64,000 nucleotides of DNA from Acholeplasmataceae bacterium (GCA_963667565.1 OY763415.1:192001-256000), one strand, 5' to 3'. Numbered from the stretch's first letter, positions 51,155 through 61,739 are shown. Notes: a model not told the origin generated them from the letters alone. Numbers and translations are program-made.

Positions 51155-54100
51155 ATGCTCTATGAACACTATGAGAGACGCGTCATCAGAAATCTCTCAA
51201 TACTTAAGTTTTTACAAAAGCATAAATTTAAATTATTAGCAATCTTAGCGGTTGTTTTCTTAGCGTTGTCTTTATTTAGTGTGACAAAAGGAAATATATA
51301 TGATGTTAACATACCTGAGACATTTACGTTTGGTGAAGACATCAATATTTCATCTAAAGCGTTGTTTTCAAAAGTGACTTATTTATATCAATTAGATGGT
51401 AGTGATACTTGGACAGATGAAGTACCACTAAGAGCAGGTACTTATCATGTGAAGATTATTTCTAATGAAGTATTTAATAAAACAAATGAAGAAGTCTATA
51501 CATTTACGATCATACCTAAATCAATTCAGTTATCCATAATTTCCAATGATGTTGAATTTGGAAGCGACCCAGTGTTAGTTGGTGATCTCTATGAAGGTGA
51601 CTATATTTATGATGCTATTTTTGTCTATGAAGACTTAAGTCAAAGTGTGACACAAGTTAATCTATTTTCTGTTGTTATTAAAGATCAGCAAGGTTTAGAT
51701 GTGACAAGTTCTTATGATTTGAGTTTTCAAACACATGAAATCAATATCATAGCAAGACAAATCACTATAAAACCACTTGATGTTACAAAATCATATGATG
51801 GTTATCTTTTAACCACTAGTGAAGTTGAAGTTATCAGTGGTACTTTGCTTGAAGGGCATGAAATGGTCTTTACATCAACAGGTGAAATTACCAATGTTGG
51901 AAGTGTGATAAGCTCAATTAATGATATTCATATCTATGATGGTGATGTCGATGTCACATCAAATTACGCGATTACACTTGAAACTGGTACGCTTGAAATA
52001 AGTGCTCAAGAAATTAAAGTAGAATCAGCTAGTGCATCTAAGGTCTATGATGGTACGACACTGAGTGCACCATCATTTGAAGTGATAGAAGGATCCATCT
52101 CAAATTTAGAAACTGCTACAATATTAACATATCAAGAGATGATTGATGTATCAGTTGAAACAAATGATATCACAATCATGATTAGAAATCAAAATCAAGA
52201 GGATGTAACATCTAATTATCTCATCACTTATGTATATGGGGCGTTAGAAGTTACTCAAAGAGCTATTAGTGTACAAACAGCATCAGATCAAAAAGATTAT
52301 GATTCAACAGAATTAAGTAATACCAATTTGACACTTTTAGAAGGTAGTTTAGCTGATGGGGATCATATAAGTGTCACCGAGTTTTCATCGATTATTGAAA
52401 CAGGTGTCATTGATAATATATTATCTATAAAAATTTATAATCAAGAACAAGTTGATGTAACTGATAACTACTTGATTACATATAGTTACGGTCAACTTGA
52501 AATCATTTCATATGTCTTTGTTATTAAACCAACAGATGTATCAAAAGTCTATGACGGTACACCTTTAACCAATCAAGAGGTAGAGGTAGTTTTTGGTAGT
52601 CTACCTTCAGGGTATCATATTGAAATAGAGACGATAGGTAGCCAAATTAATGCAGGTATTTCACAAAATGAGATTATAGCCGCTAAAATATATCACGACA
52701 TAGAAGATGTAACAAGTTCTTATGATATCAGATTTGAAGTTGGATTATTAGAAGTAACTAAACGCGCGATTGTGATTCAACCATCTTATGCGACAAAAAC
52801 ATATGATGGATTTGCATTAACAAGTAATGAAGGAGAAACAATATCTCCATTAGGTCTCATCTTAGATCATGTAATTATTTTAGAAACACAAGGGTCTCAA
52901 ACTTTTGTTGGAATAAGTAGTAATCTGATTATGAGTGCACATATTTTTAATGGTGATGTTGATGAGACAGATAACTATGAAATAGCTTATCAAGAAGGTT
53001 TACTTGAAGTTACACCAAGGCCCATCACGATTGAATCTGTAAGTGATTTTCATATCTATGATGGACAAAACTTTACCAATAGTGATTATCAAATCATTTC
53101 AGGTTCACTTGTTGAAGGTGACTATGTCAATGTGATTCATCAAGAAAGTATGATAAATGTAGGTAGTATATTAAATGTGATTGAAGTGAGCATTTTAAAT
53201 CAAAATATGATTGATCAAAGTGATCAATATGATATCACCATTTTATATGGAACTTTAGAAGTTACACCAAGACCGATTACGATTGAAACTGCAAGTGATT
53301 CTAAAATTTATGATGGTACACCTTTATTCAATACAACGTACCAAATAGTTACAGGTACACTTTTATATGGACACCAGGAAAGTATTATTTCTTATACATC
53401 AATAACCAATACAGGTAGTGTTTCTAATGAACTGGGTATACAAATTTTTAATGAACAAAACCAAGATGTAACGTATAACTATGACATCTCTTTTGTTCAT
53501 GGAACTTTAGAAGTCACTGCGAAAAGTATTGTGGTTGCTACTGCAAATCAGACTAAAATCTATGATGGCATTGCGCTATATAATCAAAATTTTGCGATTG
53601 TTTCAGGTTCACTTTATCAAGGTGAAACGATGCAAGTTTTATCATATACTGAACAACTCAACAGTGGTTCTTCAGATAATGTTTTAGATATTCAAATCTT
53701 AGATCAAGATTTAAATGATATTTCTAACAATTATCAAATCACTTATGTTTATGGCACATTGACAGTAACACCAAGACCAATCACATTTGAAACACTAAGT
53801 GATACAAAAACTTATGATGGCATTGCCTTATCAAATCAGCATTTTAATATCATATCAGGTTCACTGATTGGCCAAGACCAAGGTATTGTCTTAACTTATA
53901 GTGAAATTTTACATGTAGGTGTCATCCAAAATGATTTAATGATTTCAATTGTTAATGAATCATTAGAGGATGTGACATTTAATTATCAAATTACATATTT
54001 ATATGGTCAGTTAGAAGTTACACCTAAAGAAATCACTGTAGTTACTGCAAGTGATTCTAAAATTTATGATGGTACACCACTTTATAACACCACATATGAT

Positions 54101-57100
54101 GTCATTGGAGATGGCTTCATTGCTGGTGATATACTTTATGTCTTAACATATAGTGAAATCATTCATGTAGGCATGATTGATAATGTTTTTACTTATCAAG
54201 TTCTTGATTCAAATGATAACGATATATCAAATGATTATATCATCACATTTGAAGCTGGTACTTTAGAAATCACACCAACACCATTAACCATTGAAACTGC
54301 AAGTGATATAAAGATTTATGATGGACTTATGTTTTTCAACAAAGATTATCAAATCTTAACTGGAAATATATTACTAGACCATCATTTGGAAGTTTCATCG
54401 TATACATCCATGATGAATGTAGGTGTTTTATCAAATCAATTAACTCTTAATGTGATTGATTCAAATCAACAAAATGTAAGTTATAATTATGAAATCACTT
54501 ATCAATATGGAACCTTAGAAATTACACCAAGACCACTTGTAATTTTAACGGCATCAGATCAAAAAGCATATGATGGTACGCCACTTTATAACATTGGCTT
54601 TGATGTCATCGAAGGTAGTCTTGTAGGAAGTGATCAGATTAATGTATCCAATTTTACAAGTATTACCAACTATGGGTCAGTTGATAATGTTTTAACACTC
54701 ATCATTTTAAATTCGACAAATCAAAATGTTACAACTAATTATGTGATTTCATATCAATATGGAACGTTAGAGATATACTCAACTGACTTAACGATTAAAC
54801 CAGCTGATGCGACTCAAATGTATGATGGTTCTCTACTTGAATCAAATCAAGCTGAAATTGTATCAGGAGTGTTACCTGATGGCGTCTCAATTGTGATTAC
54901 CACGTCACAATCGATTACAGATGTTTCAAGTGTGACCAATGAAATTTTAACAGCAACACTTTACAAAGATGGTCAAGATATTACTGATTCATTTAATATT
55001 TATTTTGAAACTGGAACATTAGAAGTCACACCTAGAACAATAACGGTCCAACCAGTGTTTGCTTCTAAGGTCTATGATGGTACAGCACTTACATCAGATT
55101 TAGTCAAAGTTACAAGTGAAACAGGACTTGTATTAAATCATGTCATGATACCGACAACTTTTGGTAGTCAAACAGACATTGGTGAAAGTGATAATGTGAT
55201 TACCCATTTGGTCATTTTAGAAAATGATATCGATGTGACATCAAATTATGATGTTACATATTTAGTGGGTACTCTAAGGGTATCTATGAGATCAATGTCA
55301 ATCGAAACACAAAGTGAAACCAAAGTCTATGATGGACTTCCATTGACAAACGATTTATATCAAATCACAGAAGGTAGTCTTTTAGATGGTGATGTTTTAG
55401 TATTGATAGATGATTCATCAATCACAGAAGTTGGATTTATTGACAATGTATTAACATTTATCATCTTAAATAGTCAAAATGAAGATGTAACAAGTCTTTA
55501 TGATATTGGATATACTTATGGTATGTTGCAAATCCAATCCATCACCATTAAAGTAACGACTGCAAATGATATCAAAGTCTATGATGGAACACCGCTTACA
55601 AATTCAAACTGGACTTTAACTTCTGGGAATGTTCTTGATGGTCATGAACTTATCATTACCGTAACAGGTACGATTACAGAAGTAGGTAGAGTATTTAATA
55701 CATTTGATTATGTGATTATAGATCAAAATTCACTCAATGTGACAAGCAACTATACAGTCATAAAAAATGTAGGCACGTTAGAGATTGTCTCTGATAAACA
55801 AGTTATAACCATAGAAACTGATAGTGACACTAAAATCTATGATGGGACACCTTTGACAAATCTTAACTGGACAATCATTGAAGGAGAATTATGGGCTAAC
55901 CATACACTAGAAGTGACTGTAACAGGAACAATTACAGAAGTAGGTTCTATCAATAATACGTTTGATTATGTCATTTATGATGAAAACTTAAATGATGTCA
56001 CTAGTCTTTATTATCAAGTGAATCAAATTTTAGGACAACTCACCATTTTAGATGAAACAAGCAATGGAAATAATCAAGCAACCGATTCTCCAATAAGTAG
56101 TGAAGGAACACTTGAACAACCAACTTCATCTGGTGCATTATTTAAAGTGTATTCAGAGATCTCAGACATGATTTATTTAAGAGATAAGTCATACGGTGAC
56201 TACAATTATTCAGGTTGGGAATCACCACTGCTTTATGAATCACCTTATGGTGTAACTCCACTTGCTTTTCCAGGATTAGCAGCTCAAAATGTATTAACAT
56301 CAACGATGATTCAAATTGAGGCTTCAACACAAGGATTATCTTATTACATCCCTTATTATTCTATCAATGGATTTTATGATAATACCAATGATGTTTATGC
56401 TACTTATGTTTATGGAGAAGGATATAGCATCGATTATTTACCGATTACATCCCTTAACTATCGTCAATTTGATTTATCAGATACAGTCTATAGTGCATAT
56501 GAATTGGCATATAGAAGTTTTGTTTATGATACATATTTACAAATTCCACAAGATACAAAACAAGCATTATTGCAAATTGCATCTAATAATGGTTTAAGTA
56601 GTGATAGTCAAACCATGATAGAAGACGTTCAAAATTATATTCAAAATGCAGCGATATATAATCTAGCATTCCAACCTATTCCAGATGGTGTTGATTATGC
56701 AGTCTATTTCTTGACTGAATCAAGAGAAGGCATTTGTCAACATTTCGCAATGGCTGCAACTTTGATGTATCGTGCACTTGGATTACCTGCAAGATACGTC
56801 ACAGGATTTGCTGTACAAGGTATTGAAAATACATGGGTAGATGTGACTGTGATGCAAGCACATGCTTGGACTGAAGTCTATATTGATGGATTGGGATGGA
56901 TACCAGTAGAAGTAACTGCAGGAGGTGCTGAAGGTACATCAAATAACAACGGTGGTACACCAGTTGATAATCAAACAACAGATAAACCAGTGATTGAGAT
57001 TACATCAGAAAATGACTCAAAAACATATGATGGTACACCACTTATTAATCAAAATTATACGTATACTGGAACACTATTAGAGGGTCATACTTTAGTTGTT

Positions 57101-57778
57101 GATATGTATTCAAGTATCACTGCAGTAGGCGAAACGGAGAATGCATTTAATGTAACGGTTATTGACGATTTTGGTAATGATGTTAGTGATTCATATGATA
57201 TAAGGACAACCTATGGTTTACTGGTTGTCACGCCAAATAATGATAAAACTAATATTGAAATTCAGCTTTTTGATATTGTTGTTTCCTATACAGGTCAAAC
57301 TTATACGATGGGAAGTAACGATTATTGGATTCCATCTAGTAATTTACCTCTTGGATATTCTATCGATTTTGATGTCATCGGTGAAATTACAAATGCAGGT
57401 AAAATTATCACATCAATCGATCGATCTACGATTCGAATATTTGATGAAAATTTAAATGATGTCACAAATCAATATAACATTATATTTTATGATGGTTCGA
57501 TTGAAGTACTTCAAAGAAATTTAACCATCTCATTAATCACCGTAGAAAAATATTATGATGGGTTACCACTAACCTCAGATGTGTTCTATATTTCTCAAGG
57601 ATCACTAATCACTGGTGATGAAGTTACAATCACTGTATCTGGAACAATCACAGACGTTGGTATGACATCAAATAATATCACGAGTGTCATCATATTAAAT
57701 AGTAATGGTGTTGATGTTACTAAGAATTATCATATAACAACCATTAGTGGAAGTCTTATTGTTTTAAGCGAGTCTTAA
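51155..57778 (+). CDS. Giant surface protein: N-terminal anchor, ~17-18 YDG/MBG-like repeats, transglutaminase-like domain, 3 further repeats
   Basis: KxYDGTPL repeats; EGICQHFA...GLPARYVTGF...HAWTEVY...GWIPVEVT; RBS ggagg. Confidence 0.85.
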   Translation: MLYEHYERRVIRNLSILKFLQKHKFKLLAILAVVFLALSLFSVTKGNIYDVNIPETFTFGEDINISSKALFSKVTYLYQLDGSDTWTDEVPLRAGTYHVKIISNEVFNKTNEEVYTFTIIPKSIQLSIISNDVEFGSDPVLVGDLYEGDYIYDAIFVYEDLSQSVTQVNLFSVVIKDQQGLDVTSSYDLSFQTHEINIIARQITIKPLDVTKSYDGYLLTTSEVEVISGTLLEGHEMVFTSTGEITNVGSVISSINDIHIYDGDVDVTSNYAITLETGTLEISAQEIKVESASASKVYDGTTLSAPSFEVIEGSISNLETATILTYQEMIDVSVETNDITIMIRNQNQEDVTSNYLITYVYGALEVTQRAISVQTASDQKDYDSTELSNTNLTLLEGSLADGDHISVTEFSSIIETGVIDNILSIKIYNQEQVDVTDNYLITYSYGQLEIISYVFVIKPTDVSKVYDGTPLTNQEVEVVFGSLPSGYHIEIETIGSQINAGISQNEIIAAKIYHDIEDVTSSYDIRFEVGLLEVTKRAIVIQPSYATKTYDGFALTSNEGETISPLGLILDHVIILETQGSQTFVGISSNLIMSAHIFNGDVDETDNYEIAYQEGLLEVTPRPITIESVSDFHIYDGQNFTNSDYQIISGSLVEGDYVNVIHQESMINVGSILNVIEVSILNQNMIDQSDQYDITILYGTLEVTPRPITIETASDSKIYDGTPLFNTTYQIVTGTLLYGHQESIISYTSITNTGSVSNELGIQIFNEQNQDVTYNYDISFVHGTLEVTAKSIVVATANQTKIYDGIALYNQNFAIVSGSLYQGETMQVLSYTEQLNSGSSDNVLDIQILDQDLNDISNNYQITYVYGTLTVTPRPITFETLSDTKTYDGIALSNQHFNIISGSLIGQDQGIVLTYSEILHVGVIQNDLMISIVNESLEDVTFNYQITYLYGQLEVTPKEITVVTASDSKIYDGTPLYNTTYDVIGDGFIAGDILYVLTYSEIIHVGMIDNVFTYQVLDSNDNDISNDYIITFEAGTLEITPTPLTIETASDIKIYDGLMFFNKDYQILTGNILLDHHLEVSSYTSMMNVGVLSNQLTLNVIDSNQQNVSYNYEITYQYGTLEITPRPLVILTASDQKAYDGTPLYNIGFDVIEGSLVGSDQINVSNFTSITNYGSVDNVLTLIILNSTNQNVTTNYVISYQYGTLEIYSTDLTIKPADATQMYDGSLLESNQAEIVSGVLPDGVSIVITTSQSITDVSSVTNEILTATLYKDGQDITDSFNIYFETGTLEVTPRTITVQPVFASKVYDGTALTSDLVKVTSETGLVLNHVMIPTTFGSQTDIGESDNVITHLVILENDIDVTSNYDVTYLVGTLRVSMRSMSIETQSETKVYDGLPLTNDLYQITEGSLLDGDVLVLIDDSSITEVGFIDNVLTFIILNSQNEDVTSLYDIGYTYGMLQIQSITIKVTTANDIKVYDGTPLTNSNWTLTSGNVLDGHELIITVTGTITEVGRVFNTFDYVIIDQNSLNVTSNYTVIKNVGTLEIVSDKQVITIETDSDTKIYDGTPLTNLNWTIIEGELWANHTLEVTVTGTITEVGSINNTFDYVIYDENLNDVTSLYYQVNQILGQLTILDETSNGNNQATDSPISSEGTLEQPTSSGALFKVYSEISDMIYLRDKSYGDYNYSGWESPLLYESPYGVTPLAFPGLAAQNVLTSTMIQIEASTQGLSYYIPYYSINGFYDNTNDVYATYVYGEGYSIDYLPITSLNYRQFDLSDTVYSAYELAYRSFVYDTYLQIPQDTKQALLQIASNNGLSSDSQTMIEDVQNYIQNAAIYNLAFQPIPDGVDYAVYFLTESREGICQHFAMAATLMYRALGLPARYVTGFAVQGIENTWVDVTVMQAHAWTEVYIDGLGWIPVEVTAGGAEGTSNNNGGTPVDNQTTDKPVIEITSENDSKTYDGTPLINQNYTYTGTLLEGHTLVVDMYSSITAVGETENAFNVTVIDDFGNDVSDSYDIRTTYGLLVVTPNNDKTNIEIQLFDIVVSYTGQTYTMGSNDYWIPSSNLPLGYSIDFDVIGEITNAGKIITSIDRSTIRIFDENLNDVTNQYNIIFYDGSIEVLQRNLTISLITVEKYYDGLPLTSDVFYISQGSLITGDEVTITVSGTITDVGMTSNNITSVIILNSNGVDVTKNYHITTISGSLIVLSES

Positions 57779-57817
57779 AGATGGTTTGGATGCTTAAGCA
57801 TCAGAAAAGAGGTAATT

Positions 57818-58513
57818 ATGTTTTGGGTTATTATGTCTATATTATTTTTGATTGTTGGAAGTGTTACCTTTATCTTAGCATTTGTGCAATTAAGAAACTT
57901 TAATCATTTTGAAAGTGTAGATATCATATATGAAGAAGATGATTTGATTTCTGAAAATGATGTAAATGGTTATGACAATGAAGTCTATAGAAAAAAACAA
58001 GCGTCATCTGAGACACTTCTTGATTACTATATGATAAGTAGAAAACAAAATCAAACGTATTTAATGACCAAATTTATCAAACCAATCAGTGAGACAACGC
58101 TTGAGATTTTTGTGTTTGATTATGATCAAAAATTGATAAAAAGCATGGTCATTAAATACGTTAAAAAAATAGATAAAACACCGATGATTTTACTCCCTGA
58201 GCATACAGCGTTTGTTAATGTGGATATGAGACATAAGGGATTAGAAAAAACCAAAATTGAAGCTGAAAATGATAAAAAAATACACAAAATAAGCATGATT
58301 TCTATGATTACATCTGTGGGTTTATTTCTTGTATTAATTTCAATTGCATATGGCTTATTAACGCTATTATCTGGAGATTTAAACATGTACATGAACTTGG
58401 CAACAATCTTACTGGGACTCGCTATGATTACAGGTATTTCTATCATTAATTATATAGGCGTGTATTTGTGGATGAAAATGCGTTTTTTGAATGGAAGTGA
58501 TGATCGTGAATAG
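57818..58513 (+). CDS. Hypothetical membrane protein (TM, soluble domain, 2 TM)
   Basis: RBS gaggt; hydropathy by eye. Confidence 0.6.
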   Translation: MFWVIMSILFLIVGSVTFILAFVQLRNFNHFESVDIIYEEDDLISENDVNGYDNEVYRKKQASSETLLDYYMISRKQNQTYLMTKFIKPISETTLEIFVFDYDQKLIKSMVIKYVKKIDKTPMILLPEHTAFVNVDMRHKGLEKTKIEAENDKKIHKISMISMITSVGLFLVLISIAYGLLTLLSGDLNMYMNLATILLGLAMITGISIINYIGVYLWMKMRFLNGSDDRE

Positions 58514-59012
58514 TTACATACTAGACCATAAAGAAAAAACTGAATTTAATAAATCACATCCCATAGAATTTATTGAACACTATATGTTTAAAGATGAAAT
58601 ATCTTTAGAAAAATTTATCATTATTAATGTTAAAAATAGAACAGCTGAGGTGTTACAACAAATCACTATTGACGTTACTGAAATGGATGAAGATTTTGAA
58701 ATTATCGGACATAAACAGTATCAATTTAATGAGATCAATATTGCTGCTTCAGGACAAAAAATGATTTTAGAGAAGATTTCTATCAATCAACATAGTACAG
58801 TCGTCTATGTTGATGTGGTATCGACAAAATCAAATGATGTTATTTGGACAAATGAACACTTAGAAGTTTTTGATCAAGATGAAAACGAAGGATTTTTAAA
58901 TGCAAATATGTTGTCTCATCATAAAGTTTCATTTCCATTTTTAATTCCTATCTTGTTAACTGTAATTTTTATGATTACAATTGTTTTTATTTTTAAAGTA
59001 TTACACCCATAA
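58500..59012 (+). CDS. Hypothetical protein with beta-rich domain and C-terminal TM anchor
   Basis: Overlaps upstream stop; VKNRT..LQQITIDV...D resembles FxLYD-type Ig-like domains (weak); start uncertain. Confidence 0.55.
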   Translation: MIVNSYILDHKEKTEFNKSHPIEFIEHYMFKDEISLEKFIIINVKNRTAEVLQQITIDVTEMDEDFEIIGHKQYQFNEINIAASGQKMILEKISINQHSTVVYVDVVSTKSNDVIWTNEHLEVFDQDENEGFLNANMLSHHKVSFPFLIPILLTVIFMITIVFIFKVLHP

Positions 59013-59030
59013 TGAAAGAGGTTTAAGTCC

Positions 59031-59396
59031 ATGAATTTTTACTATTGTGAATCTTGTCAACAAATATCTTTTCATATCGTTGATAAAGACCATCACATCA
59101 CTTGCTGTGATGAAGAAATGCGATTACTTATCCCTAATGAAGATAAAGAAGAAAATAAAGAGCATCATATCAATTTAAGAAAAGTAGGCAATTTTCTTAG
59201 TATAACTATAGGTGATGCACATCAAATGATTGATGTTCATCATATCGAGTTTATTGTTTTAGAGACAAATCAAGGAATGCAATTAAAAAAATTAAGTGAT
59301 ATGGCACAAGCAAGTTTTATTCTAGATCATCTTGAAGATATCATAAGTGTTTATGCCTATTGTAATCTTCATGGATTATTCAAACTAAGTCTTTAA
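59031..59396 (+). CDS. Desulfoferrodoxin / superoxide reductase
   Basis: CxxC...CC desulforedoxin centre; EHH, HQM, HHI, CNLHGL ligands. Confidence 0.85.
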   Translation: MNFYYCESCQQISFHIVDKDHHITCCDEEMRLLIPNEDKEENKEHHINLRKVGNFLSITIGDAHQMIDVHHIEFIVLETNQGMQLKKLSDMAQASFILDHLEDIISVYAYCNLHGLFKLSL

Positions 59397-59400
59397 TTAA

Positions 59401-59432
59401 AAAAAGGTATGTAGAAATCTACATATCTTTTT
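59401..59432. terminator. Bidirectional terminator closing the long operon
   Basis: aaaaaggtatgtaga / tctacatatcttttt between convergent genes. Confidence 0.8.
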
Positions 59433-60033
59433 CATTTACAAAAGGGTTATTCTTTTTTTCATGTAAAATATCTGTTGGACGTCCATGCCCTGGATAAACG
59501 CGTGTTTGATTAGGAATAAGTTTATAAAGTTTTTTTACACTTGAAATAAGCGTATCATAATCAGCATAAGGAATATCTGTTCGACCAATCGTTTGGAAAA
59601 ACAAGGTATCTCCAGAAAATAAAACGCCAAGGTCATCTATATAACAAACAGTTCCACCTTCTGAATGTCCAGGTGTATCATAAAACTTAAGTGAAAGGTC
59701 TTGCCATTGAAGTTCAAAGGGTTCCTTGAAATATTGGTCAACTGGTGTTTGATATCCTAATTTTTGAATTGCATATTCGTCTAACCAAAATTTATCTTTA
59801 ATGGGTGCATACACCAAAGGTTGGTATCGTTCTTTGAGTTGTTTAACACCACCGATATGATCATAATGACCATGAGTAATATAAATAAAATCAAGTGTTA
59901 ATCCATGGTCATCAATAAATGATGATATAAGATCATTTTCAAATCCTGGATCAACAACAAAACAGTTGGTTTCATTAAAAACGATATATGCATTGCTTCT
60001 TAAATTGCCTAAAACGAATTTTTGTATTTGCAT
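59419..60033 (-). CDS. Metallo-beta-lactamase fold hydrolase (glyoxalase II-like)
   Basis: THGHYDHIGG, TPGHSEG, SGDTLF, PGHG. Confidence 0.92.
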   Translation of the reverse strand: MQIQKFVLGNLRSNAYIVFNETNCFVVDPGFENDLISSFIDDHGLTLDFIYITHGHYDHIGGVKQLKERYQPLVYAPIKDKFWLDEYAIQKLGYQTPVDQYFKEPFELQWQDLSLKFYDTPGHSEGGTVCYIDDLGVLFSGDTLFFQTIGRTDIPYADYDTLISSVKKLYKLIPNQTRVYPGHGRPTDILHEKKNNPFVNEKDM

Positions 60034-60130
60034 TTTTCAACTTCCTTTAACAAAAAATATTATATAGCATTTCATAAGAATTATAAAGTGAAAAGCAGTA
60101 TAATATATAGGTGGAAAGGGGAGATGTTAT

Positions 60131-61060
60131 ATGGCTAACATTTATAACAGCTACATAGAACTCGTTGGTAATACACCTTTACTTAGATTACATCAATATG
60201 AAAAAGAAGTTGGTGCATTTGCACAAATTATTGTGAAACTAGAAAACTTTAATCCTCTAGGCAGTATTAAAGATAGACTCGCTAAAGCGCTTATCGAATC
60301 TATCGAAGAAAAGGGATTAGTAACCAAGCAAACAAAATTTGTTGAACCTACAAGTGGTAACACAGGTATTGGGCTTGCATTTATTTGTGCAGCAAAACAA
60401 TATGATTTAACTTTAATTATGCCAGAAAGTGTCTCAAATGAACGTAAGCAAATCGTTAAAGCACTTGGGGCAAAACTGATTTTAACTGATCGAACTAAAG
60501 GTATGAAAGGGTCTATTGCAAAAGCAGAAGAATTGCTAAAAGAAGATCCTAATTATATCATGCCTATGCAATTTGAGAATTTGGCTAATCCTGAAATACA
60601 TAGAAAAACAACTGCATTAGAAATACTAAGAGATATGGATAATAATCTTGATTTCTTTGTTGCTGGCGTTGGTACTGGTGGTACGATTACTGGAACTGGA
60701 GAAATATTAAAAAGACACATTGATGGACTTAAAGTCATCGCTGTTGAACCTGCTGGTTCGCCAGTATTATCAAAAGGATATGCAGGATCAAGTAAAATTC
60801 AAGGTATTGGTGCTGGATTTATTCCAGGTGTACTAAATACAGATATCTATGATGAAGTGGCTGCAGTTGAAGATCAAGATGCTTTTGATACAGCAAGATT
60901 ACTTGCAAAAACAGAAGGTGTATTCTCTGGCATTTCTGCAGGTGCTGCATTATATGCTGCAACAAAAATAGCACAAAAAGAAGAAAATAAAGGAAAGAAA
61001 ATTGTCGTGATTATTCCTGATACAGGTGAACGATATTTATCTACGGAGTTATATCAATGA
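60131..61060 (+). CDS. cysK: Cysteine synthase A
   Basis: NPLGSIKDR, EPTSGNTG, GVGTGGT, IQGIGAGFIP, PDTGERYLST. Confidence 0.96.
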   Translation: MANIYNSYIELVGNTPLLRLHQYEKEVGAFAQIIVKLENFNPLGSIKDRLAKALIESIEEKGLVTKQTKFVEPTSGNTGIGLAFICAAKQYDLTLIMPESVSNERKQIVKALGAKLILTDRTKGMKGSIAKAEELLKEDPNYIMPMQFENLANPEIHRKTTALEILRDMDNNLDFFVAGVGTGGTITGTGEILKRHIDGLKVIAVEPAGSPVLSKGYAGSSKIQGIGAGFIPGVLNTDIYDEVAAVEDQDAFDTARLLAKTEGVFSGISAGAALYAATKIAQKEENKGKKIVVIIPDTGERYLSTELYQ

Positions 61061-61572
61061 AAAAATTAGAATGCACAATTAAAGATGTACGTGCAGCAAA
61101 ACTCTATGATCCAGCAGCACCTTGCTGCTTCATGGTTTACTTTACCTATCCAGGTGTGATTGCTTTAAGAAGACATAGAAGAGCACATAAACTTTGGGAA
61201 AAAGGCAGACTTAATTTAGCAAGATGGATCAGCTATCGAACAAGAAGAATAACAGGTATCGATATTCATCCAGGTGCAAAAATTGGAACAGGTGTATTTA
61301 TTGATCATGGTATGGGTACAGTGATTGGAGAAACTGCAGTGATTGGTGATGCATGTGTTATCTATCATGGTGTTACATTAGGCGCAAATACATTTGAGAA
61401 AGTTGATCGTCATCCTAAATTAGGTAATGGTGTCATCGTATATGCAGGAGCAACCCTTATTGGACCTATCCACATTGGCGATAATAGTGTGATTGCAGCT
61501 GGTGCAGTTGTCGTAAAAGATGCTCCAGCACATAGTAAACTTAAAGGTGTACCTGCCCATCATTTTTCATAA
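61057..61572 (+). CDS. cysE: Serine O-acetyltransferase
   Basis: DPAA, TGIDIHPGAKIG, FIDHGMG, RHPKLG; ATGA overlap with cysK. Confidence 0.93.
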   Translation: MKKLECTIKDVRAAKLYDPAAPCCFMVYFTYPGVIALRRHRRAHKLWEKGRLNLARWISYRTRRITGIDIHPGAKIGTGVFIDHGMGTVIGETAVIGDACVIYHGVTLGANTFEKVDRHPKLGNGVIVYAGATLIGPIHIGDNSVIAAGAVVVKDAPAHSKLKGVPAHHFS

Positions 61573-61582
61573 AAATAAAAGT

Positions 61583-61611
61583 AAAACCACATCAAAAGAT
61601 GTGGTTTTTTT
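61583..61611 (+). terminator. Intrinsic terminator
   Basis: aaaaccacatc / gatgtggtttt T run. Confidence 0.8.
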
Positions 61612-61739
61612 ATCTTTATAAAGGTAACAAGTGACTATTTATAATAAATAGATTTCCAAATTAGAAACTATTTCTTTTATTTTGATTTTACAATATCTAA
61701 TATCATAAAATGAAGATACAAATAGCAAAGGGAGGATTT

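Noticed and set aside
42917..57778. Calling this the known MoxR-DUF58-transglutaminase triad
   Set aside because: ATPase motifs (LDEMNIARVEYYF, GTANNDDST) look McrB-like rather than MoxR (DEINR, ATQNP), and no DUF58/VWA gene is seen.
47608..57778. Periodic tatgatgg motifs as a CRISPR or DNA tandem array
   Set aside because: The ~250-bp periodicity is protein-domain repetition (YDG) within open frames; no identical repeats with spacers.
57789..57802. Perfect palindrome gatgcttaagcatc after the 2207-aa gene as a terminator
   Set aside because: Essentially no loop and no T-tract; at most a processing or stability hairpin.
61653..61680. agaaa-cta-tttct inverted repeat upstream of the ABM gene as a Fur/PerR box
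   Set aside because: Short, AT-rich, poor match to consensus, single occurrence.
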